A stretch of 64,000 bases of DNA from Myxococcota bacterium. GTDB lineage: Bacteria; Myxococcota_A; SURF-8. The stretch is from assembly GCA_965140415.1 (NCBI GenBank), contig OZ223209.1, positions 2,592,001-2,656,000 of the forward strand. Reading direction: 5' to 3'. The translations under genes and the position numbers were made by a program. The notes beneath the pieces were generated by a model. The model did not search any database. It saw nothing but the letters and a program-made list of their open reading frames with translations, and had not been told where the DNA came from. This document shows positions 6,897 through 15,223 of this stretch, piece after piece (position 1 is the stretch's first letter; the number at the start of each line of letters is the position of its first letter).

Positions 6897-9800
6897 ATGG
6901 GAAAGTCGTTGGAATTAAACGAGTTATTGGAAGGACTCGGTTACTTGGGGTCGGACTATTTCCTCAAGGGGGCAGAGCTTCAGCGTCACCCGGCCTACGC
7001 CCATTTTTTCCGAAAAGCCAGCGAAGACCTTCATCTTAAAGGCGTGTACTGCCTTAGAGCGAGACCTGAATGTAAAATAGATCAGGATACCGTTGTTCCT
7101 GTCGTTTATGTGGTCGAGCTAGATTCGGATGATCCTGAATCAATTCAAAAGTGGCACCGAAAGGTTTGGAATCAGAGCATCGTTCCTTTTGTTTTACTGG
7201 CCACGCCGTCAAGTTTCAGAGTGTATCGTGGCTTCAGGCATTCGGACGATATAAAAAAAGATACAGTTCTTGATGATCTTCGAGATGCCGCAGAAATACT
7301 GGAGCGTTTCAAGGATTTTTCGGCAAGGTCGATAGATTCCGGTGCAATTTGGGAGCGTATGCAGAAGCATCTTGACCTTGATGCAAGGGTTGACAACCGA
7401 CTCCTTAAAAACCTTGAAGATCTTGGCAACAAACTTATTAAGGAGCAAGGTTTAAACAGAAGGGTTGCCCACACTCTCATTGGGAAATATGTCTTCCTCA
7501 GATATTTAAGAGACCGAAAGCACCTATCGGATAAAAAGTTCCAAGATTTTGGAATCAGTCCTAATGATGTATTCGATTCCCAGGCAAAAATCAGTTCCCT
7601 GTACGAATTGGACGAAAAGCTAAACAACTGGCTCAATGGTGCAATTTTTCCTCTCCCAAAGAGAAGTGGTGAAATCAAAGAGGAGCATGTTAAGGAAGTT
7701 GCGAGAGCTTTTCGAGGGGAAAACCCTAAACACAAACAGACAGAAATGTTTGATGTATTCAATTTTGAGTACGTTCCGGTCGAAACTCTTTCCGCTGTTT
7801 ACGAGCAATTCCTTCATTTCGATGGCAAGGGGAAAGAGCAGGGTGCTTTCTATACCCCTGTCCATCTGGTCAATTTCGTTCTTGAAGAGCTTGATACTAA
7901 ACGGCCATTAAGAGACGGTATGAAAGTACTTGATCCCTCTTGTGGGTCAGGAGCTTTTCTTGTTCAATGTTACCGACTATTGATCGAACGCGAAGTACAG
8001 CCAAGCCCCGAAAAAAAGATCCTTCCCTCCAGATTGCGAGAACTACTGGAAAGGAACATCTTTGGACTGGATATTGATGGAGATGCTTGTAGTGTTACTG
8101 AATTGAGTTTGGCACTTACTTTACTTGATTATGTAGATCCGCCGGATTTGAAACGCTATCCAACCTTTAAACTGCCTGCATTACGAAACAGAAACATTTT
8201 TCATTGCGAAGGCGGTTTTTTCGATGAGTCCTCTGCCTGGAATCAATCTGAATCTGCGATAAATGGATATGATTGGATTGTTGGGAATCCCCCGTGGATA
8301 AAACTCAATTCCTCCATGAAAGGTAAAAGTGCAATATCTGCTCTGGAGTGGATGCGTGAGAAGCAGGAGGATTGCCCTACGGGTGATAATCAGATTGCAC
8401 AAGCATTTGCATGGAAAACCTCTTTGCATCTTTCACCGGAAGGTCTGGCTGGATTGGTAATGCCAGCAATGACGCTCTTTATGCCCAAGGCTAAGCGTTT
8501 CCGCCATCATTTTTTCGAGAATAATGATGTGTGGGCTATTGCCAATTTAGCAAACTTCACCTATCGGCTTTTTGCGGGTAGAGGAAGACTGCCAACAATG
8601 TTGCTGTTTTTCAACAACTCAGTTCCTGATGCAAGTGAAGAACAGTTTTTGACTGTATTTTCCCCTTTCATAGCGGAACAAGAAGCCAGTCGAGATTACA
8701 ATAATGGAGCTTGGAGCATAACAGTTGAACAAAACGCAATCAAACAAATTCCAAGAGACAAAGTAGCATCAGGCGACAGTTTGCCTTGGAAAGCTGCTAT
8801 GTGGGGGTCTTGGAGAGATTTGAATCTATTAAAAAGGATCGAAAGTCGATTCCCCTCCTTTTTAGATTTTGCTTCACAAAAAGAATTATCTATTCATCAG
8901 GGTATAGAGCTTAGAGAATGCGGCTCGTCGCAGGCAGTAGAACCAATGCCAGAATTGGCGGGTCAACCCATTATTGATATGGGAAAAATTAAGAAGAACA
9001 CTCGTAATCTATTTCATCTGCCGGATAATATACTATTTCCAATACCTCCAGAAAAAGCTAATATCAGAATTAGAGGAGGGAAAAGGGCACTCAGAACGAG
9101 TATACCACCGCATATTTTTGTTGATGCCTCACGTAATTATTCAATTTATTCAGACAGTCTTGTCCATATCCCAGCCCGCCAAATCGGAATTGCTGGACAT
9201 GATGAGAAATTACTAAAAGCACTTTCATTGTACTTGTCGTCAGATTTTGCAAAATACCATCAGTTTCTTTTCTCCGCGCAGTGGGGCATTCAAAAATCCA
9301 TTTCCAATCTTGAGACGTTACTAAAATTGCCCATACCTTTTTCCATAATCAATACATCACATATCAATTCATGGGCAAAGCTGCACAATGAATTTGTAAA
9401 AGCGTCGAAGCACATACATGGTGATTTGTTTGTCCAGAATTCATCGAAAAAGAATTATTCAGAGATATTGGATGATTTGAGGAAATCTCTGAATAATCGT
9501 GTATACGAATTGTTAGGATTGAATAACAGTGACCGTAACCTTGTTAAAGATCTCGTGAATGTTCGTATGCATCTTGTACAGGGCAAAGTGCCCAAAGCTG
9601 CAACACGGAGTGCAACCAAGTCTGAGATGGTGGAATACTGCCAGATTCTTGCAAAGGAGCTTGATGAATTTTTAGGCGTAAAGAAGCGTCATGATGTGAA
9701 TGTGTATGCAGGAACTAATAAGGCACTTTTGGTTGTGAGGAATCAGCGTGAACCTCGACCGAACGCAATAATCGATGTAACGCAGGATGAGCATTCATTC

Positions 9801-9995
9801 AATGCCGCTCTAGAAAAACTTGGAAATCTGGTTTCAAAAAGAAAGCAGTGGATGTACTTTGACAGAGGCTTACGGATATATAGCGGTGACCGCATTTGCT
9901 TGTTCAAACCGAAAAGCCGTTTGCATTGGCTTAAAAGCCAGGCGCTTCTCGATGCAGATGCAATTATTTCTGATCTCGTATCCCAGAAAGCTTGA
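6897..9995 (+). CDS. Large N6-adenine DNA methyltransferase with TRD (Type IIG/Eco57I-like architecture)
   Basis: GAFYTP, motif I VLDPSCGSGAF, GLDID, motif IV IVGNPPW; AGGAG RBS; AT-rich C-terminal TRD region. Confidence 0.9.
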   Translation: MGKSLELNELLEGLGYLGSDYFLKGAELQRHPAYAHFFRKASEDLHLKGVYCLRARPECKIDQDTVVPVVYVVELDSDDPESIQKWHRKVWNQSIVPFVLLATPSSFRVYRGFRHSDDIKKDTVLDDLRDAAEILERFKDFSARSIDSGAIWERMQKHLDLDARVDNRLLKNLEDLGNKLIKEQGLNRRVAHTLIGKYVFLRYLRDRKHLSDKKFQDFGISPNDVFDSQAKISSLYELDEKLNNWLNGAIFPLPKRSGEIKEEHVKEVARAFRGENPKHKQTEMFDVFNFEYVPVETLSAVYEQFLHFDGKGKEQGAFYTPVHLVNFVLEELDTKRPLRDGMKVLDPSCGSGAFLVQCYRLLIEREVQPSPEKKILPSRLRELLERNIFGLDIDGDACSVTELSLALTLLDYVDPPDLKRYPTFKLPALRNRNIFHCEGGFFDESSAWNQSESAINGYDWIVGNPPWIKLNSSMKGKSAISALEWMREKQEDCPTGDNQIAQAFAWKTSLHLSPEGLAGLVMPAMTLFMPKAKRFRHHFFENNDVWAIANLANFTYRLFAGRGRLPTMLLFFNNSVPDASEEQFLTVFSPFIAEQEASRDYNNGAWSITVEQNAIKQIPRDKVASGDSLPWKAAMWGSWRDLNLLKRIESRFPSFLDFASQKELSIHQGIELRECGSSQAVEPMPELAGQPIIDMGKIKKNTRNLFHLPDNILFPIPPEKANIRIRGGKRALRTSIPPHIFVDASRNYSIYSDSLVHIPARQIGIAGHDEKLLKALSLYLSSDFAKYHQFLFSAQWGIQKSISNLETLLKLPIPFSIINTSHINSWAKLHNEFVKASKHIHGDLFVQNSSKKNYSEILDDLRKSLNNRVYELLGLNNSDRNLVKDLVNVRMHLVQGKVPKAATRSATKSEMVEYCQILAKELDEFLGVKKRHDVNVYAGTNKALLVVRNQREPRPNAIIDVTQDEHSFNAALEKLGNLVSKRKQWMYFDRGLRIYSGDRICLFKPKSRLHWLKSQALLDADAIISDLVSQKA

Positions 9996-10687
9996 TTGAG
10001 GCCGTAACGCTTATGGCAGGTATATCCAGACACAAAATCAACCAAATCGGCAAATCTGCCCTTGCAGATGAATTTCAAACCTCTTTCCTGCGAAATGCCT
10101 TGGAATTGTTATTAATCGGCTATGAAAACCTACCAACCAGTGATAGATCGAAGTGGCAGGAGGAAGAAATTACCGGCGAACTATGCAGAGAGATTCAGGA
10201 ATATCTAGATATGCCGGATTCCCCTGGTTGGACTAGACGCTATTCGCTTCATGAAGATCCGCCTGTTCATTCATCCTACAGAAAAGGAAAGAAGCGCAGG
10301 CGAATTGATTTTCGGATTGAGGAAACCCACCGACGGCCTCGCCACAAGTTCGGAGTAGAAGCAAAAAGGCTCCGTTCCGATTCCCACAATGTTGGGAAAT
10401 ACTGCGGACAAGATGGGATGGGGTGCTTTGTTTCAGGAGAATATTCGTCTCAGCAAAATATCGGCGGAATGCTTGGCTACGTTCAAAGCGGAACAGTCGA
10501 TCAGTGGGAATCCAAGGTGGGAGCAAAGATTAAGAAAGATGCAAAAACCTTGCATGTAAGGAACGGACGAACTTGGGAAAATGCTTCCGGCGCAAACCCC
10601 ATAAATCAATGCCACCTTTCCGAGCACGATAGACCGAGTTTAAATAAACCAATACTAATTTATCATCTGATGCTGAATTTCAGCTGA
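9992..10687 (+). CDS. Putative PD-(D/E)XK nuclease partner of the MTase
   Basis: EEEIT...HE...RRIDF...GVEAKRL...GMLGYV; overlaps the MTase stop (alternative ATG at 10013). Confidence 0.6.
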   Translation: MIEAVTLMAGISRHKINQIGKSALADEFQTSFLRNALELLLIGYENLPTSDRSKWQEEEITGELCREIQEYLDMPDSPGWTRRYSLHEDPPVHSSYRKGKKRRRIDFRIEETHRRPRHKFGVEAKRLRSDSHNVGKYCGQDGMGCFVSGEYSSQQNIGGMLGYVQSGTVDQWESKVGAKIKKDAKTLHVRNGRTWENASGANPINQCHLSEHDRPSLNKPILIYHLMLNFS

Positions 10688-10815
10688 CTGAAAAACTTTC
10701 ACTTCTTCAACAACCGCCTCCCATCATCCACGGTCATCATGAGTCGCTTGGGAATTCGTTTTCCCCAGTAATAAGGTGATTCCATAGCCGATATTGCAAC
10801 CCCCTCTAAAAACAT

Positions 10816-10844
10816 TTGCCTCAAAGTTATCATAAGTTTATACT
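10816..10844 (+). promoter_or_regulatory. Putative sigma70 promoter
   Basis: TTGCCT, 17 nt, TATACT, ~250 nt upstream of ATG 11091. Confidence 0.5.
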
Positions 10845-11090
10845 CTTATCGTTCGATGAAATTCCCTTGCGTTCTGCCTTTTGGCTGACGGCCTGACTAC
10901 CCGTGATCGAATGCATGGCTTTGCCATTGAACGAACAAAGTGGCTCACACGACGCGCGCCTATCACGCGCCGTGCTAGTCACACGTGCGCCTCTGATGGG
11001 AGGGGCGCATGTGATGGTGTGAGCCATGTTGCATGTCGCCCCTTTCTTTTAGGGGCAGATTGACGATTCTTGAAGCAAGGCGGTGCGCAT

Positions 11091-12161
11091 ATGAAACGAA
11101 TGTTTCTTTCGATTGTTCTCGTTATTCTTCTTCTGGCATGTGGCAACGATCAGACGACAAATTCACCAGATAACACGGATGGGGACGCCCCATTGACGGA
11201 CGGAGACATGGAGGACTGCCCGCCGGGGACGCATCTCTGCCCATGCTACGGCAATGATACCTGCAATGCGGGTCTTGATTGCCGCGATAGTATTTGCGTC
11301 GAAAGCGATGATACGACGGACGGAGACGGGGAGCGTGAAGTTGATGAGCCCCTTGATTCAGATGGCGATCTGCTCCCGGATGGAGATGATACAGATGGCG
11401 ATGCTTTCGATGCCGATTTTGATGAAGACTTACTCGAAAACTCTGACGGTTCGGACGGTGATTTCGAGCTTGATATAGAGCCAGATGATGAGATCGAACT
11501 TGATGACGATTTCGAGTCTGAAAGCGATCCAGAGCTTGATGAGGAAGTATCAGACGATGAAAACGGTGTCGAATACGAGCCGGATGATGAGATGGAACCA
11601 GAAGTTGATGTAGAGATTGAAACCGAGCTTGAAGCAGAACAGGAAGAAGAACCTCCATACGAACCTATCTGGAGAGATCCTGATACTCTTTTGTATTGGC
11701 CGTTGACGCGAGATGCTGGTACTTGGTCAGAGTCCGAGCAGTATTGCGAGGATCTTGAATGGGGAGGGCATTCGGACTGGCGCTTGCCGACTGTAACTGA
11801 GTTGCGCTCGCTTATTCGAGGATGCGGTGCAGACCTTGATAGCGATTGCATGGTTTTTGAGGATGATCGTGATCTTGGAGTTAACAGCCAGTGTATCTAT
11901 GAGACTTGTGACAGCATGTATTGCGTTGGAATGCAGGAGCCGTGCGAGATTGAAGAGTGTGAGAAGTGCCCTTTTGTTTATAACCAGTGCTACTGGCCGG
12001 AGGTGTTTGGTACATGTCCATCGTCGGCAGATTATTGGTCCTCGACTGCGGAGCGATGGGGCATGGAAGAGGAACACTGGTATGTAGGGTTTAAGCATGG
12101 CTCTGTCATTTGGGGACGTGACAGTTACGTTAAGGGTGCAAGATGTGTACGCAGGAGGTGA
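11091..12161 (+). CDS. Lipoprotein with acidic DGD linker and C-terminal DUF1566 (Lcl_C) domain
   Basis: Lipobox LLLAC; WRDPDTLLYW, YCEDLEWGGHSDWRLPTVTELRSL, YWSST, ARCVR. Confidence 0.85.
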   Translation: MKRMFLSIVLVILLLACGNDQTTNSPDNTDGDAPLTDGDMEDCPPGTHLCPCYGNDTCNAGLDCRDSICVESDDTTDGDGEREVDEPLDSDGDLLPDGDDTDGDAFDADFDEDLLENSDGSDGDFELDIEPDDEIELDDDFESESDPELDEEVSDDENGVEYEPDDEMEPEVDVEIETELEAEQEEEPPYEPIWRDPDTLLYWPLTRDAGTWSESEQYCEDLEWGGHSDWRLPTVTELRSLIRGCGADLDSDCMVFEDDRDLGVNSQCIYETCDSMYCVGMQEPCEIEECEKCPFVYNQCYWPEVFGTCPSSADYWSSTAERWGMEEEHWYVGFKHGSVIWGRDSYVKGARCVRRR

Positions 12162-12208
12162 CTTCAATGCGTGTAAGTGTGAGAAGTCAGGATGCGAAAA
12201 ATGATTGA

Positions 12209-12220
12209 GCAATCGATTGC
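12209..12220. promoter_or_regulatory. Palindrome core GCAATCGATTGC (putative operator, copy 3)
   Basis: Intergenic, upstream of the SEL1/MORN lipoprotein. Confidence 0.5.
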
Positions 12221-12304
12221 GTGTCTTCAAACAAGAATTCGTTCTGGACGACAGGTGCAATTGTTCGGAGATTCGATACTGGTTTAGCCTTGAAGGAGGT
12301 AGGG

Positions 12305-13762
12305 ATGCTCGAACGCTTGTCTTCACTGGTCGCAATTGCGTTGCTGTCCGCTCTGGTCGCCGCGTGCAGTATCTTGGGATGGGAATACAGTTACTCTGGC
12401 CGAAAATATACGATGAGCCAAGATCACATTGACTATCACCGGGAAGTTATGGCTGATTACGAGCGAAAAACGAATTCTGCCAAGCGCGCAGGCAAGAGTG
12501 AGGCGAATATCCTGACTATGCAATGCAAGCTGCTTGAGCGTGGGTTATCAGGCGCTCCGAAGTCCTCGAATTTCACTTCTGCGACCCAGTTGCTTCAGAA
12601 GGATCGAGATAGTATTTGTCCCCAGGCACAGCAGGCGCGAAGCTCGGCTAGTGGTATTGGCGGGCCTTGCCCTGAGGGAACACATGTCATGCGAAAGCCC
12701 GATCACGAATATTGCGCAGACTCAAACCAATTTCCGAATGGGTGGTATATCGCTTGGCATGGAAAGCGTCGTATCAAGAAAAGAACCGGCAACCCTGCCA
12801 CTGACCTTTACTATCCACCGGAAGGGCTTGTGAAACGCGAGGCTGGTCAAATTGTCGGAGGCAAGAGAGGTGGTGAGTGGACGTTCTGGTATGCTAGCGG
12901 AAAGAAGAAAGCTCAGGGACGTTATGATAGTGGCAATAAAGTGGGTACCTGGAATTATTGGCGAGAAGATGGTACCCCATTAACCCCTCAAGAACTTTTC
13001 CAGTTAGCGACTGACCTGTTGGCAAACAATGGTAGAGAAAAGGCCTTGGAGCTTGCGGAAACATGCTATGGGTATTGGCCGGAGAATGGCAAATGCCAAT
13101 CGATACTTGCTCAGGCTACATGCGATGCAGATGATTTAAGTGGTTGTTATGTAGCGGCCTCAAAACTACGACAATCTGATGTCAGGGGCTTTTTGGCAAT
13201 ACATGAAACCCTCTGTCGAAACTTTCAGGCATCGTCATGCGAAGCACTCGCAATATTTTTCAAAATTGGCAGTGGACCAGCGAAGTACAACAACGGAGTA
13301 GAAATCCCGGCGAACGCATCGAAATCCAAATCGCTCTATAAGAAGGCAATGACTTATTACAAATCCGCCTGTGATTTAGGAGATGGTGCAAGTTGTGATG
13401 GATTAGCGAATGGTTACGCATCAGGCAACGGAGTCTCTAAAAACCTGCCAAAGGCAAAGATGTACTTCAGGAAAGGCTGTGAATTGAACCATTGGGCATC
13501 ATGCCGGTCTTATTCCACTCGGTTTAACTACGATGATCCTGTAGGTGCATTTGCTATGTTGACCAAAGCCTGTGAAAACGGAGATGAACTAGCGTGCAAA
13601 GACCGCGTCTATCAATTGAATGAGTCTAAACAGCTTTGTAAGCAGGGCAACAAAGATGCTTGTTTCTATCTTGGCTTAACTGTCGAAGATAAATCCAAAG
13701 CTAGAACCTACCTGAAACGATCCTGCGATCTTGGACACTCCGGAGCATGCAGCGAGTTGTAG
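12305..13762 (+). CDS. Lipoprotein with MORN-variant (YwqK-like) repeats and Cys-rich SEL1/Hcp-like repeats
   Basis: AAGGAGGT RBS before ATG 12305; lipobox LVAAC; GEWTFWYASGKKKAQGRY; YKSACDLGDGASC..LA.GY..GNGV repeats. Confidence 0.85.
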   Translation: MLERLSSLVAIALLSALVAACSILGWEYSYSGRKYTMSQDHIDYHREVMADYERKTNSAKRAGKSEANILTMQCKLLERGLSGAPKSSNFTSATQLLQKDRDSICPQAQQARSSASGIGGPCPEGTHVMRKPDHEYCADSNQFPNGWYIAWHGKRRIKKRTGNPATDLYYPPEGLVKREAGQIVGGKRGGEWTFWYASGKKKAQGRYDSGNKVGTWNYWREDGTPLTPQELFQLATDLLANNGREKALELAETCYGYWPENGKCQSILAQATCDADDLSGCYVAASKLRQSDVRGFLAIHETLCRNFQASSCEALAIFFKIGSGPAKYNNGVEIPANASKSKSLYKKAMTYYKSACDLGDGASCDGLANGYASGNGVSKNLPKAKMYFRKGCELNHWASCRSYSTRFNYDDPVGAFAMLTKACENGDELACKDRVYQLNESKQLCKQGNKDACFYLGLTVEDKSKARTYLKRSCDLGHSGACSEL

Positions 13763-13973
13763 GGACTGAGACATCTCTCATTCGGTTGAACAAAGAAGTT
13801 CTAAGGAATCAACTGGCTCTATAAAGCTGACATACAGCCTGACTTGACCTCATACCCGAATATAGACCGAAAGCCGCTCACAAAGCCATTACGGAGTCCT
13901 ACGGAATAATTATGAGGGTGTTGTTACTTACAATCTTGAGCCATCGATTTCGTGAAAGTAGGAGCAGGGTTGC

Positions 13974-14759
13974 TCAGGACTCAGAACCATCTTCTGAGGT
14001 GTCATCAATCGCGGATTCTTCATCCATATCTTGGTTGTAGTCAGGATCGTAATCAAGATCGCATTCAGAATCTACCTTATCGATTGCTTCAATCGCAGCG
14101 TTGGTTTGCTGCCTGTTGTATCCAAGACAACTCAAAGTGAAACGCAGAAGCTGTCTCTTGTTGACCAGTTTGCCAAAGTAGACAGGAAACGGGGAAAGGG
14201 ATGGTTCATTTCTGAAGTTGTAAATCGTCCGTGCACCCATCTGGAGGTATTCTGCAACATTTTTTTGAGCGATTTCCACCTTTCCTTTTTTTCTGCCGTC
14301 AACATTTGGTGGCTTCAGTTCTTTGAGGGACTCTACAATGATGGAATCAACTGTGTCTGGATCGTTATCCAAAGAAAGCTCCTCATCATTGAGAGAGACC
14401 CATAGTGGTTTTGCAGTACGAACAAGCTCAATCGTTAATTCCTCGTGCCGCTCGGGTGGAATGGGTCTTTTTTTTCTCCAAGTTCCCCAGTATAGTTGAG
14501 CTATGGTTTCACTAAGTTTCACGATACGCCAGTGGCGGAGACGCTCGGAATCAATTGCATCAAGGTGATCTTTTTTGAGGACATAGAGTAATTTGAGGAT
14601 GCGTTTTTCCTTCGCGTTTGCTTTACCAATATCAGAGAGGCGCAATGAGGCACAGAATCGAAGGAGCCTTGCAAGGAACTTATCAAGCTCGACTATGAAC
14701 GTATGGTAATCTTCTTCGTCGATCTCTTTCATTTTTTTGTCATCCGTTTTCTGGACCAT
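13974..14759 (-). CDS. Hypothetical protein with probable HTH and acidic tail
   Basis: AQKNVAEYLQMGARTIYNFR is HTH-like; 261-aa ORF at the right end of the island. Confidence 0.55.
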   Translation of the reverse strand: MVQKTDDKKMKEIDEEDYHTFIVELDKFLARLLRFCASLRLSDIGKANAKEKRILKLLYVLKKDHLDAIDSERLRHWRIVKLSETIAQLYWGTWRKKRPIPPERHEELTIELVRTAKPLWVSLNDEELSLDNDPDTVDSIIVESLKELKPPNVDGRKKGKVEIAQKNVAEYLQMGARTIYNFRNEPSLSPFPVYFGKLVNKRQLLRFTLSCLGYNRQQTNAAIEAIDKVDSECDLDYDPDYNQDMDEESAIDDTSEDGSES

Positions 14760-14769
14760 CGTTGGACCA
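14752..14769 (+). repeat. Putative integrase arm-type sites (right)
   Basis: TGGACCA and TTGGACCA with 11-bp periodicity, same as 921-939. Confidence 0.6.
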
Positions 14770-14801
14770 AATCCCAGGCAAAGGTGGAAAGAATGCCATG
14801 C

Positions 14802-14830
14802 TTGACAAGGAAGTATACTGGGAATACTAT
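14802..14830 (+). promoter_or_regulatory. Outward-facing sigma70 promoter at the island right end (would read into int in the excised circle)
   Basis: TTGACA (14802-14807), 17 nt, TACTAT (14825-14830). Confidence 0.65.
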
Positions 14831-14874
14831 GAATATGGAAGCGTGAAAAGGCGGAAAAGGGCTAGGTAGGAATT

Positions 14875-14914
14875 TTCGAAGCCCGGTACTCTATCCAGTT
14901 GAGCTATAGGCGCA
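14875..14914 (-). repeat. Right att direct repeat = displaced host 5' half of tRNA-Arg
   Basis: Identical to 781-820; identity ends exactly after the anticodon loop CTTCGAA. Confidence 0.95.
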
Positions 14915-14926
14915 AAACAACTTGCC

Positions 14927-14957
14927 AGTATGTACGTCAGATTTCGATCCTTGTCAA
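14927..14957 (-). promoter_or_regulatory. Probable original host tRNA promoter
   Basis: Minus strand TTGACA (14957-14952) followed by TACATACT -10-like region just upstream of the tRNA 5' fragment. Confidence 0.5.
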
Positions 14958-15223
14958 ATTTTAGTGCTAATCCGACCTGAACAATTTTTCCGCGTTGGGC
15001 CACAAACTGTTTCAGTTTAAGGGTAAGCATTGCAGATCTTCTAAAAAATCAGCATGTTAGCTCGCTCTTCAATGTTGTGCGTATGCTTTCTTCACATCAC
15101 TGCTTCAATAAAGCCTTAACATTTTCTTAACGCGGTGCTAATATTCCTATTCTTTTCCGCCAACGTACAGAAAATTAACCTGTTGTCCAAAGTGACTTTG
15201 TTTACTGGCAAGCGAGGATAATC

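Larger units (their letters stand above)
781..14914. mobile_element. tRNA-Arg-targeting integrative element / genomic island (~14.1 kb) with rolling-circle Rep
   Basis: Exact 40-bp direct repeat at 781-820 and 14875-14914; adjacent tyrosine integrase, Xis, HUH Rep, second recombinase and RM-like cargo; no phage structural or conjugation genes seen. Confidence 0.92.

Noticed and set aside
11082-11110. dif-like XerC arm GGTGCGCATA
   Set aside because: No XerD arm (TTATGTTAAAT) follows; it overlaps an RBS/start codon.
781-14914. Prophage or ICE assignment
   Set aside because: No capsid, terminase, tail, T4SS or coupling-protein genes recognised.
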